Below, piece after piece: positions 9,038 to 19,020 of a stretch of DNA of 45,051 bases; positions within the stretch are counted from its first letter, which is position 1, and every line of letters begins with the position of its first letter. Source of the stretch: Gemmatimonadota bacterium (lineage in GTDB: Bacteria > 4572-55 > J002); contig RFFQ01000183.1 in NCBI GenBank assembly GCA_003697105.1, positions 1 to 45,051 of the forward strand, in the 5' to 3' direction. The translations under genes were made by a program, and so were the position numbers. The notes beneath the pieces were generated by a model. The model made no database searches. It saw nothing but the letters and a program-made list of their open reading frames with translations, and was not told the origin of the DNA.

Positions 9038-12000
9038 ATGCCAAAAACACACCTCACATCTCAATCCCCCCGTTTCACAGGGAGACAACTTCCGATTACG
9101 ATAGGGCTAGTGATCATCATCGCGGCGGTGTTTAGCTTGAGTGAGGGGTTTCACCGTCAAACGGCTGAAATTGAACGACTTCAAACCCTTGCCAACATCG
9201 TGGGTGAGCAGTGCATAGAGCCGATCCTCGAAAATGATCCCGCTTCAGCTAAAATCATTTTGAGCCGCCTCAACGCAGACCCGTGCATTCAAGCAGTCGC
9301 AATTTACAATCCCGATGGTGATATTTTTACCGCCTATAATCCCAACGATCGCTTCTTGCAGACTCAATCCACTGCAGGGCATCACATTGACGATAAACAA
9401 CTGAAAATTTACCACAAAATTTTTCTGCTGGATGAATACATGGGTACGGTGGTGCTCTACGCTCAACCCCCCGATTTATGGGGTATTTGGAAGCGCAATC
9501 TACTCATTGCGTTGGTGTTAATACCACTTCTGCTCTGGGCGCAAATACGTATTTTCAACCGGCGACGGGACACCCGCACTGCCGTACTGGATACCCTCCA
9601 AAAACCCCTTCACGAACTAACCGAAATCAGCCAGGCGGTGGCTCAAGGCAACCGGCTTTCCATCCGGGCAGAAATACCGGAAATTCCTGAAATGGAAGAG
9701 CTGGTTAATGCCTTTAACACGATGTTGGCTAAGATCGAACAAGACCAACATGCGCTACAACAGGCAAAAGAAGCCGCTGAACATGTTGCCCAGCATGCCC
9801 AGCGCCAAGCAGACCATTTACAAGAGACCAATCTGAAACTCAGCCGGGAGATTGAAAAGCGCACCCGCGCGGAACACCTGCTCGAACACCGGCTGCAAGC
9901 AGAACAACTTATCGCCAATATTTCCTCGCATTTTATCAATTTGCCGGTGGACATGATCGACTATGGGGTCAATTACGCGCTGGAGTTAATCGGGGAGTTT
10001 TTGGGGGTCAAACACGGTTATATTTTTATGTTTTCGGAGCAGCGCACCCGTATCCGTCGTGTTTATGATTGGAGTCAGGCAAATACGGCTATCCATGTGG
10101 GGCGTGTTCGGGAAGTGATTTCAGTGGAAAAATCCCCGTGGTTGATTGACAAAATCCGTACTCAGGAAATTGTTGCCCTGCCCAATATTCAGGATTTACC
10201 GGCAGAAGCCCACTCCGAAAAAACCACCTTTTTGGAAAACCATATTCACTCCATGCTCGGCATTCCATTGTCATACACCGGTGTTTTACTGGGGTTTATG
10301 GGGTTCGATGCACCTCAACCGCGCTCGGAATGGTCAACAGATGACATCAAAGTCGTTATGACCGCCGGAGAAATTCTAGTTAATGCTTTGGAACGTAAAA
10401 AGGCAGAAATTGCCTTGCGCGAGAGCGATTCCCGCTTCCGCCAGTTAGCAGAAAATATTGATCAATGCTTTTGGCTTTACGATACCCGACAGGGGTTTTT
10501 GTATGTCAGTTCCGCTTATGAGCGCATCTGGGGTGACTCTATTGAACAGATCAAAACCGATCCGACAGCTTGGCTTGACCGGCTATCTCCAGAAGACCAG
10601 CAAAAATTCAAAGGGGATATGAACCGGTTGTTTACGCCGGGTTTTGATGGTGAACTTCGCATCCAAAAGGCAGGCGAAACCCGCTGGTTGCGGATACGAA
10701 CCTTTGCCGTACCCACCGAAAATCCAGATGAAAGTATGCGTGTCTGCGGCATCACAGAGGACATCACCGCCCAGAAGCGTTCGGAAAACCGGTTGCGCTC
10801 CTACGCCGCTGAATTGGAACACAAAACCCAACAACAACACATGGTGGAAAAAGCGTTGGAGCAACGCGTCCTCTTTGAACGCCTCATTGCAGATATTTCT
10901 ACCCATTTCATCAATCTTCCGGCAGATATGATCCCTTATGGCGTGGACTACGCCTTACAAATGATCTGCGATGTCATTCAAGCCGACCATGCCTACATCT
11001 GGATGTTCACAGAACAACGAACAAAATTTCAAAAAGCGTTTGATTGGTGGGATCATCAAACCTTGGTGGGGTCACCGCCAGTTGATTTTGTTTTGCCGCT
11101 GGATGAGGGCAGTTGGTTTCTGGAAAAGATTAAACAATTAGAGACCATCGCGGTGGCGCATCTCCGTGACCTTCCACCGGAAGCACAACGGGAAAAACTG
11201 CATTTAAGTACCATCGGGGTGCAATCCTTTATCGTGTTACCACTGGTATATACCGGCGTACTCATTGGCTTTTTAGGGTTTGATGCCATTCGGTGCGAAA
11301 AAGAGTGGACGGAATCCGAGATCAGCCTGATGAATACGGTTGCTGAGATTTTGGTCAATGCGTTAGAGCGGAAACAAGCCGAAGAAGCCTTACGGGAGAG
11401 TGACTCTCGCTTCCGGCAACTCGCCGAAAATATCAATCAGTGTTTTTGGCTGTATGATACCCGGCAAGGGTTTTTGTATGTCAGTCCCGCATTTGAATTG
11501 ATTTGGGGATTTTCACGCGAAGCCCTACTCCAACATCCGCAAACGATGTTGGATCAGGTCATCGCGGACGATCAAGCTAAATTCAAAGGTAGCTTGACCC
11601 AGATGCTTAAAGCGGGGTACGATGAGGAGTTTCGGATTGAAAAAGCGGATGGCTTGCATTGGTTGCGCACCCGCACCTTTGCGGTTCACGCGGAAGGATT
11701 AGGACAAGGGCAGCGAGTTTGCGGCATCACAGAAGACATCACCAAGGAGAAAATTACGCAGGAGCAGTTCCGCACCTATGTCAAGGCACTGGAAATCAAA
11801 ACCCAAAAGCAGATGGAAGCCGAAAAAGCGTTAGCAGCCGAAAAAGAACGACTGCTAGTCACTTTGCGCAGTGTCGCTGATGGGGTGATCGCGACCGATA
11901 CGCACGGCCAGATTGTGTTGATGAATACGATTGCCGAGCATTTGACGGGCTGGAAAGAATCCGATGCCCTGAATAAACCGTTGAATGAAGTTTTGCGAGT

Positions 12001-12931
12001 CGTGGATGAACCCTCCCGGCATGTCCGCACAGATATTTTGAATAACGTCCTCCACCGGGGGCGGATTATCCATTTCTCCCGGGATGATGTGTTGGTTTCA
12101 CGGAACAAAAGTGAATATTATATTTCGGGCAATGCGGCACCGATTCAAGACGGGACAGGCGTGATTATCGGGGCCGTGATTGCTTTCCACGATGTGACCG
12201 AAACCCGCCGCTTGGAGCAATCCAAAACCAATTTTATCAATGCCATCACACACGAATTGCGCACACCACTGACCCCCATCATTGGGTACACCGCACTCCT
12301 CCAAAGTATGGACTTACCGGAGATGGCACAGGAAAGCCTCGCCGCCATCGCGAAAGCCGCCGACCGGGAGAAAAAACTGGTGGAACAGTTATTGGCGGTT
12401 GCCCGGTTGGAAAATAGTCAACGGGAGTTCCGTTTTAATAAGGTCAATGCCTACCAGTGCTTCACCGAAATTTGTGAGGATAGCGAAGTGCTCGTCAAGG
12501 AGGTTGTACGAGAACGGCATCGTACGGACCGGTTTACGTACCAATACACATTCTCGGAAGAGTTGCAGGAAACCACGATCAATATTGATCTGGATTGCAT
12601 GTACAGCATCATGGAAAATCTGCTGGTGAATGCCGTCAAATATTCTCCACCGGATCGACTCTCGTTTGCGGTGTCCGGTTACCGGCAAAATGATCATGTG
12701 ATCATCGCGGTGAAAGATCAGGGAAATGGTATTTCCAAAGCGGAACAACCCCGCATCTTCAAAACGTTTTACCAGATTCGGAAAGGTGAATTTGATGTTT
12801 CCGATGGAATTGGACAGGGGTTGGCGATTGTGAAACGGTTTGTGGAAGCCCACGACGGAGTGATTTCCGTAGAGAGCGAACTCGGGAAAGGTAGCGAGTT
12901 TATTATTGAATTACCGGTTGTGGAGACCTAA
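9038..12931 (+). CDS. Multi-sensor histidine kinase (periplasmic sensor, HAMP, 2x GAF-PAS, PAS, HisKA, HATPase)
   Basis: Two TMs; H-box THELRTPLTPI; N-box NLLVNAVKY; DQGNGI; GQGLAIV; a 325-aa internal duplication. Confidence 0.92.
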   Translation: MPKTHLTSQSPRFTGRQLPITIGLVIIIAAVFSLSEGFHRQTAEIERLQTLANIVGEQCIEPILENDPASAKIILSRLNADPCIQAVAIYNPDGDIFTAYNPNDRFLQTQSTAGHHIDDKQLKIYHKIFLLDEYMGTVVLYAQPPDLWGIWKRNLLIALVLIPLLLWAQIRIFNRRRDTRTAVLDTLQKPLHELTEISQAVAQGNRLSIRAEIPEIPEMEELVNAFNTMLAKIEQDQHALQQAKEAAEHVAQHAQRQADHLQETNLKLSREIEKRTRAEHLLEHRLQAEQLIANISSHFINLPVDMIDYGVNYALELIGEFLGVKHGYIFMFSEQRTRIRRVYDWSQANTAIHVGRVREVISVEKSPWLIDKIRTQEIVALPNIQDLPAEAHSEKTTFLENHIHSMLGIPLSYTGVLLGFMGFDAPQPRSEWSTDDIKVVMTAGEILVNALERKKAEIALRESDSRFRQLAENIDQCFWLYDTRQGFLYVSSAYERIWGDSIEQIKTDPTAWLDRLSPEDQQKFKGDMNRLFTPGFDGELRIQKAGETRWLRIRTFAVPTENPDESMRVCGITEDITAQKRSENRLRSYAAELEHKTQQQHMVEKALEQRVLFERLIADISTHFINLPADMIPYGVDYALQMICDVIQADHAYIWMFTEQRTKFQKAFDWWDHQTLVGSPPVDFVLPLDEGSWFLEKIKQLETIAVAHLRDLPPEAQREKLHLSTIGVQSFIVLPLVYTGVLIGFLGFDAIRCEKEWTESEISLMNTVAEILVNALERKQAEEALRESDSRFRQLAENINQCFWLYDTRQGFLYVSPAFELIWGFSREALLQHPQTMLDQVIADDQAKFKGSLTQMLKAGYDEEFRIEKADGLHWLRTRTFAVHAEGLGQGQRVCGITEDITKEKITQEQFRTYVKALEIKTQKQMEAEKALAAEKERLLVTLRSVADGVIATDTHGQIVLMNTIAEHLTGWKESDALNKPLNEVLRVVDEPSRHVRTDILNNVLHRGRIIHFSRDDVLVSRNKSEYYISGNAAPIQDGTGVIIGAVIAFHDVTETRRLEQSKTNFINAITHELRTPLTPIIGYTALLQSMDLPEMAQESLAAIAKAADREKKLVEQLLAVARLENSQREFRFNKVNAYQCFTEICEDSEVLVKEVVRERHRTDRFTYQYTFSEELQETTINIDLDCMYSIMENLLVNAVKYSPPDRLSFAVSGYRQNDHVIIAVKDQGNGISKAEQPRIFKTFYQIRKGEFDVSDGIGQGLAIVKRFVEAHDGVISVESELGKGSEFIIELPVVET

Positions 12932-13165
12932 AGTTGCTTTCCATTTTACTATGGGTTTTATGACCGGTGTTGGGTATTTCGTACGGCGGTCTGTTCGTGT
13001 ATCCGTTTAACAACCCCAGATTATTTGCTGGTGCCAACGATGCCGGTGTCACATGTTTTGGAAAGCAGGATTTGTTCAACCGCCAAAGCCGGGCGGGCAC
13101 TTCTACCAAGATAGACCGGCACATTTCCCGGGTCAACCGTGATACCTGTTTTCTTTCGATTCAGA

Positions 13166-14116
13166 TTAATCGACAATTTTCCCGATCTGGCGCCCCACCG
13201 CTTCAATGTGATCATAATTGGCGTTTGTGGTGGGGATAAATTGGGTGGCGCCAAACATATCAAGGATTTTTGCCTGTGTGGAATCTGCCGCATTCAAGGC
13301 GGTAAAGGCATCCGTTACCTTTTGTGGAAAATCTGTACCGTAACGAGTTATGACATCCGGGTGAATCACCCAATGATAGTCATGATAAGCGGGTGTGCGC
13401 CAGATAGCTTGCACTTTTGCCAAATCAACATCTCCCGTCTGGAGCCGGCTATACCAAACCTGCTCATTAAGCACGCCGGCATCGTATGCTCCGGCGGTAA
13501 CCAGTTCGATGGTTTTATCATGGGAGCCGGAAAAGCCGGGTTCACCCTTAAAATCGGTCAATTCTATTCCGGCTTGGCTCAAAAAGTACTGGGGCATCAA
13601 CCGCCCGGAAGTGGAGGATTCACTCCCGAAGGTGAACGTGTGCCCTTTTAACGCACCGAGTTTTTCCCGCACCACATCCCACTCATCGGTGTCGGCGATG
13701 GGTTGCAAACCCGTGGAGGTATTGGCGATAAAAATAGAATGAAACTCGGCGTCAATATCCCGTTGAACGAGCGCCTGAGCACCGGGTACTTGCAACCGCG
13801 CCTGTACTCCAGTTAAACCTCCAAACCAGACCATATCCAGATCACCCACTCGAAAAGCGGTCACGGCGGCAGTATAATCGGTGACCGGTTTGTATTCCAC
13901 CGGAACACCCAATTTTTCAGAGAGATAGGCGGCGAGATCACCATATAACCGTTGCAATTTTTCCGGGTCTTGATCGGGAATTGCCCCAATGACAAAAGGG
14001 GGTGTTGAGGGAGATGTCCCGCTTTGCTGGTGTGTGGTTTGTGAATTGTTCTGCGGAGAACATGCGGTTAGCAACCCCATCAGAATTAGTATCAACAGAT
14101 TCAACATACGCGGCAT
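13166..14116 (-). CDS. PhnD-family ABC substrate-binding lipoprotein (putative selenate/phosphonate type)
   Basis: Lipobox LLTAC; GAIPDQDPEKLQRLY, VTDYTAAVTAFRVGDLDMVWFGGLTGVQAR, FGSESSTSGRLMP. Confidence 0.88.
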   Translation of the reverse strand: MPRMLNLLILILMGLLTACSPQNNSQTTHQQSGTSPSTPPFVIGAIPDQDPEKLQRLYGDLAAYLSEKLGVPVEYKPVTDYTAAVTAFRVGDLDMVWFGGLTGVQARLQVPGAQALVQRDIDAEFHSIFIANTSTGLQPIADTDEWDVVREKLGALKGHTFTFGSESSTSGRLMPQYFLSQAGIELTDFKGEPGFSGSHDKTIELVTAGAYDAGVLNEQVWYSRLQTGDVDLAKVQAIWRTPAYHDYHWVIHPDVITRYGTDFPQKVTDAFTALNAADSTQAKILDMFGATQFIPTTNANYDHIEAVGRQIGKIVD

Positions 14117-14161
14117 GATTCATCCTCTTTGCGGAAAAAGTTGAGAACAAAAACAGAATTA

Positions 14162-14614
14162 TTACGGAATCCGGGGTTCGGAGGGTATCGGTGTCCGAAA
14201 AATATCGTGGTCGGCCGGCGGGTCTAAAAATCGACGATGGGAATACGAGTAAACATAATGTCCCCAAATACACCCATTGCACCGTTGCAAGCGGTCTGAC
14301 GCCATACAGATGCCCTGTGCTACGCCGTACTGCTCAATCGCCGCCAATGCGTAACGCGAGCAAGAAGGATAAAAAGGGCAAATATTGCCATCATGTTGGG
14401 AAAGCCCAATCTGGTATGCCCGTAGCATCAGGCGAAGTACCCATTTGGGGGTTGAGGTCTGCTGTTGTATGGACCGGTTTAATGCAACAGGCGAATCGTC
14501 ATCCGGTGGCGTTGTTGGGGTTGCCGTTTCAAAGTTAGGAGTATCTTGCCATTGGGCAACGAGGCTACCGGGAATAATGGTACATATAATTAACCCCACC
14601 AGAATTACCCGCAT
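14162..14614 (-). CDS. YidD-like (membrane protein insertion efficiency factor) domain protein with N-terminal signal peptide
   Basis: YQ..LS....CPFYPSCSRYA..AI..YG...G.....DRLQRCN motif after a hydrophobic N-terminus. Confidence 0.8.
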   Translation of the reverse strand: MRVILVGLIICTIIPGSLVAQWQDTPNFETATPTTPPDDDSPVALNRSIQQQTSTPKWVLRLMLRAYQIGLSQHDGNICPFYPSCSRYALAAIEQYGVAQGICMASDRLQRCNGCIWGHYVYSYSHRRFLDPPADHDIFRTPIPSEPRIP

Positions 14615-14625
14615 AAGACCTCCAT

Positions 14626-15156
14626 TTAGCGGCGGTAATTGGGATCAAAAATCAGAAAATATGCCGCGGCAATAGTGGCAATCCCAGAAATAAAGGTCAC
14701 GCTTTTAGAAAACGCTTTGAACACCGTACCCGAAACCACCACGGTATCACCGGGCAGTAATCCCGGAATTTCGTTCATATCACCGGTTTCCAGATAACGG
14801 GCAACATCCACATTGATAACGTGTTGTTGCTTGGTTTCTGGATTGGAACGCACCAAACGTACCCGGTTCAATTTTGCGTTTTCGTCCGGACCGCCGGCAA
14901 GGGAGATCAAAGATAATACATTGGTATTATCCGGCACAATATATAACCCCGGACGCTTGACCTGCCCCCAAATGTAAACCTCAATTTTTAAACCGGGACT
15001 ACCAATCGGGTCATACACATACGCCGAAGCACCGAGTGACGGTGATGCAGAGGGGACAGACGACTTGGGCAATGTTGGTAATTGAGCGGCGACCGGTAGC
15101 ATCCATAAATGTAGGATTAAACAGGCCGCCAAGCCAATAATAAAAGCATTTTTCAC
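14626..15156 (-). CDS. SLBB domain protein (polysaccharide export/Wza-like fragment)
   Basis: VYIWGQVKRPGLY...LISLAGG..ENAKL..V...LLPGDTVVV; signal peptide; hydrophobic C-terminal helix. Confidence 0.82.
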   Translation of the reverse strand: MKNAFIIGLAACLILHLWMLPVAAQLPTLPKSSVPSASPSLGASAYVYDPIGSPGLKIEVYIWGQVKRPGLYIVPDNTNVLSLISLAGGPDENAKLNRVRLVRSNPETKQQHVINVDVARYLETGDMNEIPGLLPGDTVVVSGTVFKAFSKSVTFISGIATIAAAYFLIFDPNYRR

Positions 15157-15172
15157 TAAATAGCTCCGCTGG

Positions 15173-17185
15173 TTATTCGCCAGTTTTGGGGATTACTAAA
15201 TCCATCGTACCGCCACCCTGTTTCCGCCGTTTTAAATCTTCGATCATGAATGCGGCGTCATCATGGAGTTCGCCTTCCTCGTAAGTTAACACTTTTTCAT
15301 ATTCTCGGATGGCTTGGTCGTAATCCTTCAGAAATTCGGATTGAACAAAACCTTTCATAAATTGTGCTTTGTAGGCATGTTCAGACGCCGGCATCATCTC
15401 AATGATCTCATCGTAATTGTCGAGGGCTTCATCGGGACGATTATCGGCTTGCGCTTCCTGTGCTTCATTAAACAGCCATTCGATTTTCTTTTCGGGATCG
15501 ATGAGCTTATCCTCATAAACGACGACGCCATATTCTTTGCGTAACTCCTTCATTCTCTTGGCTTTAAATCGACGGGATTCTGCCGGAGTCAGGATGCGCC
15601 GGATACGGTCTTTCACCTCATCCGTAAACGGTTCTACTTCTTCTGGCAACTTTTCATCAATCATGGCAATATGGAAGCCGTTAGAAGTCTCGATAATATC
15701 ACTGATTTCACCGGGCTTCAGGTTGAAAATCGCCGCTTCAAAATCTGGAGACTGTCCAACGGATGGAATGAACCGCCCTTTTTGCACCAGACCCAGGGCA
15801 CCGCCTTTTTCTGCCGAGCGAACATCTTTAGAATAGGTTTTGGCGGTTTCCTGAAAATCAGCGCCATCATCTAACATCTTTTTGATCTTCTGGGCGTCTT
15901 CGGCGGTTTCCAATAGAATATGGTAAGCTTGAACCCGTTCCGGTTTGGTAAATTCGGAGATATGGTCGTCGTAGTATTCCCGCAATTGTTCATCGCTAAA
16001 GGTTAATTTACCTTCAATTTCTTCGGTGTAGTGTGTTTCCACGAGCAAGGCATTGGTACTGCGTTCGATTTGCTCCTGCACCACCGGATTATCTGCATAA
16101 CCCCGGTCCACGGCAGCACGGTAAATGAGCATATCATTAATTTTTTGTTCGACCAAAAAGAGGACACCATCTTTATTGTTGTAACGGGATCGGATTGCCG
16201 GGGGGGCGCTTTCCATCATTTGCTGTAAATCTTTGAGATGGATGGTCTCGTCACCCAAATCTGCCAGCAACACATTTTGTTCATCGGTGATCGGGCTATT
16301 AAAATCCACGGTTTCGGGGATATTCTCTTCATAGACCTTAATCTGATAATCTGCCTTGAGTTGGGTCATCAATGCGTCCCGTAATTCAGTCATTTTCTCA
16401 CGGCGGACGGCAGCTTCTACTTGCTCTCGCACCTCATCCACCGGTTGGGTGGATTCCGCGATCCGCTCATCGACTTTAATGATGTGATACCCTTTGTCTG
16501 TTTGGATAATTTGGTCGCTCACTTCACCGGCTTCCAGCGAAAATGCAGCGTTCTCAAAGGCTTCAGATTTGCCGACAAATCGAATTTCCTGCCCTTTTGT
16601 AATCAACCCGATCAAGCCACCTCGTTTGGCAGTTTTCGGGTCTTGGGAGAGTTCTTCCGCCAAATCTTCAAAGGATTCTCCTTTCCGAAGGCGTGCCAGT
16701 ACGGCTTGGGCATCAGTTTCCGAATTGACCAAAATGTGCCGAACTTTCACTTTTTCCGGTTGGGTAAAGTAGTCAATATGAGCTTTATAGTATGCTTTTA
16801 CATCTTCATCGGTGACGTTCACTTTACTGGTAATTTCATCGTTGAACAATTCCTGCTTCATCATTTGCTCTCGGATTTGTTCCAGACGAGCTTGAACACG
16901 GGGAAGTTGGTCTAGTTTTTTCGCTTTGGCATCCAGCACCACCAACTTTTCATCGATCATCTGGTTGAGCATTCGCAGTTTACCCATTTCCCCTTGGTAG
17001 TTTTTCTGAGCAAAGGAAGGGACGTCCTGTAGTCGAGCTTCCAATTGCTCCAACGTAATGACATCATCACCAATTTTTACCACAACGGTGGCGCCATCAT
17101 TACTTACACTTTGTTGGGAACACGCGAAAACTGCCATAAATAAGGTTAAACCGATCATTAATGTTCGCGAAATCATGCCGTTCAT
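15173..17185 (-). CDS. Parvulin-type peptidyl-prolyl isomerase lipoprotein with two PpiC modules and a C-terminal TPR
   Basis: Lipobox VFAC; VRHILV...FEDLAEELSQD...GG.IG...GYHIIKV repeated as AYHILL...GFHIAM; C-terminal TPR-like helices. Confidence 0.9.
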   Translation of the reverse strand: MNGMISRTLMIGLTLFMAVFACSQQSVSNDGATVVVKIGDDVITLEQLEARLQDVPSFAQKNYQGEMGKLRMLNQMIDEKLVVLDAKAKKLDQLPRVQARLEQIREQMMKQELFNDEITSKVNVTDEDVKAYYKAHIDYFTQPEKVKVRHILVNSETDAQAVLARLRKGESFEDLAEELSQDPKTAKRGGLIGLITKGQEIRFVGKSEAFENAAFSLEAGEVSDQIIQTDKGYHIIKVDERIAESTQPVDEVREQVEAAVRREKMTELRDALMTQLKADYQIKVYEENIPETVDFNSPITDEQNVLLADLGDETIHLKDLQQMMESAPPAIRSRYNNKDGVLFLVEQKINDMLIYRAAVDRGYADNPVVQEQIERSTNALLVETHYTEEIEGKLTFSDEQLREYYDDHISEFTKPERVQAYHILLETAEDAQKIKKMLDDGADFQETAKTYSKDVRSAEKGGALGLVQKGRFIPSVGQSPDFEAAIFNLKPGEISDIIETSNGFHIAMIDEKLPEEVEPFTDEVKDRIRRILTPAESRRFKAKRMKELRKEYGVVVYEDKLIDPEKKIEWLFNEAQEAQADNRPDEALDNYDEIIEMMPASEHAYKAQFMKGFVQSEFLKDYDQAIREYEKVLTYEEGELHDDAAFMIEDLKRRKQGGGTMDLVIPKTGE

Positions 17186-17278
17186 TGGGTCACAATACTC
17201 CTTTCTCTGAGTTCAAAAATAGTCCTGTGCCCACGAAACCGGTAAGGTGTCTCGTGGGCAATTATGTTGAAAATCGAT

Positions 17279-18403
17279 TCAGTTTGACCGTGCCCGAATA
17301 AATGTGGAAATATCGGGAATATCTTCGAGGAGACGGCGCGCCACATGTTTCGCTTCTTCGCGGGTTTCAAATTGACCAACCCAGACTAAAAACGGCGTTT
17401 GGGAGTTTTCAGCCGTGCGATCAATCACTTCAGCAGAATAGCCGATTTCCCGGATGTGGTTCATCTGTTTTTCAGCGTTGAGGCGATCTGTAAAGGCGCC
17501 AACCTGAATGGTAAAGATGGTCTTTTCTGGGACGGTTGAGTCTGGAGTGGCGGGCGGTGGTGGTGCTACCGGTGCGGGGTGGGGAGTCACGGGTGGCGGG
17601 GTGGATTGTGGCGGTACGGTAATCGTCTTTTTGAGTTGGGTCACTTTTTCCCGTGCCAGCGCAGCTTCATGGGAGGTAGGGAAATCCGTCAATACGCGTT
17701 CATAGGATTGCAACGCAAAGTCATATCGCCCCCCTAATTCCGCATTTTCTCCAATGCCATAAAATGCGGCGGCAAGTACACCCCGATCCGTATATTGCTG
17801 CAATATTTGGCGATATGTAAGTTCCGCTTGATCAAACTTTCCAAAGCGCATTTGGGTCCGAGCAACACCCAGCATTGCCCAAGATGTTTTTTCACAATTG
17901 GGATATTGGTCGATAACATGTTGGTAATCTGTCAGCGCGGCAGTGTATTGTTGTGTCGCGTATTCTGCACTTGCCAACCAATATTGGCTCCGGCAAAGCA
18001 AATTTATATCCTTGGAGGTTTCCAATACGCGCCGGTGCTGATCAATTGCCGTTAAATACTGACCAACACTGTAGTGATATTGTGCGACTTCAAATAAAGC
18101 ATCGTCTGCATATTCACTATTCGGATAGCGATCCACAATTTTTTGGTAGATGCTCATGGCACGATTCGGGTTGGATTCAAGCTTACCGAGCATAAACAAC
18201 GCGCCGGGGACTTTATCACTATTCGGATAATCTGCTAAAAAGCGCTCAAATTTAGCTTGCGCGGCTAGATGACTTTCGGTGTCATCTAAGTGGGACAAGC
18301 GCACGGCTTCATCGTAATCCGTTTGCTCATCCGCAAAAATCGTGGTGACACTGGCTATTCCAATCATCACCATCATCAGGATTTGGATTGCAACATTGCG
18401 CAT
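17279..18403 (-). CDS. TPR + SPOR domain periplasmic protein
   Basis: Repeats such as YPNSEYADDALF; Pro-rich linker; FTIQVGAF..R.NA...VWVGQFETREEA SPOR domain. GGAGG RBS before ATG 18403. Confidence 0.88.
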   Translation of the reverse strand: MRNVAIQILMMVMIGIASVTTIFADEQTDYDEAVRLSHLDDTESHLAAQAKFERFLADYPNSDKVPGALFMLGKLESNPNRAMSIYQKIVDRYPNSEYADDALFEVAQYHYSVGQYLTAIDQHRRVLETSKDINLLCRSQYWLASAEYATQQYTAALTDYQHVIDQYPNCEKTSWAMLGVARTQMRFGKFDQAELTYRQILQQYTDRGVLAAAFYGIGENAELGGRYDFALQSYERVLTDFPTSHEAALAREKVTQLKKTITVPPQSTPPPVTPHPAPVAPPPPATPDSTVPEKTIFTIQVGAFTDRLNAEKQMNHIREIGYSAEVIDRTAENSQTPFLVWVGQFETREEAKHVARRLLEDIPDISTFIRARSN

Positions 18404-18522
18404 ACTGACAACCTCCAGATATAAAAAACCGCCAACAACACAATCTTTCCGCAAAACTGGGTTCAGTTCTAGGGAGAGTTGTATGATCGACGGTTTAAGT
18501 CCAATTTTAATCAAGCCGGTAC

Positions 18523-19002
18523 TTAAAACGGCAGGTCATCATCGGTTTCCTCAGTGGGGGCTGAGTCACCGGTTGCCGGTGCAGGGGCAGTACTCTCATT
18601 GGGTTTACCCCATTCTGGGGGAGCATCTTCATCACTCGGTGGCGGGGGTCCCGCAAAATCCGACCCGCTACTCCGACTGCCCAACAACAACAACCGGTCA
18701 ACTATCACTTCGGTGGTATAGCGAGTTACCCCGTTTTGGTCTTCCCATTTGCGGGTTTGTAGTTTGCCTTCAATATAGCACTGCCGCCCTTTTGCAAGAT
18801 ACTCGCTGGCGATTTCGGCAGTGCGCCGCCACGCAACAATCCGGTGCCATTCCGTGCGCGTTTGTTCATTACCACTATCATCACGCCACGTTTCGTTGGT
18901 TGCTAAACTAAAATTAGCAACCGGCACTCCACTAGGGGTGTAACGCAATTCCGGGTCGGCACCTAAGTTTCCAATTAAAATCACTTTATTTACGCTCGCC
19001 AC
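18523..19002 (-). CDS. ssb: Single-stranded DNA-binding protein
   Basis: [26 protein letters not shown]-terminal DDDLPF. Confidence 0.97.
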   Translation of the reverse strand: MASVNKVILIGNLGADPELRYTPSGVPVANFSLATNETWRDDSGNEQTRTEWHRIVAWRRTAEIASEYLAKGRQCYIEGKLQTRKWEDQNGVTRYTTEVIVDRLLLLGSRSSGSDFAGPPPPSDEDAPPEWGKPNESTAPAPATGDSAPTEETDDDLPF

Positions 19003-19020
19003 AATAGACCTCCTCAGGTG

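Noticed and set aside
12932-13165. Small ORFs between the kinase and the SBP
   Set aside because: They overlap neighbours and have no RBS or recognisable motifs; likely non-coding.
13166-14116. Selenium-utilisation locus implied by a 'selenate-type' SBP
   Set aside because: No selD/selA/selB, tRNA-Sec or convincing in-frame TGA selenoprotein was noticed in the window.
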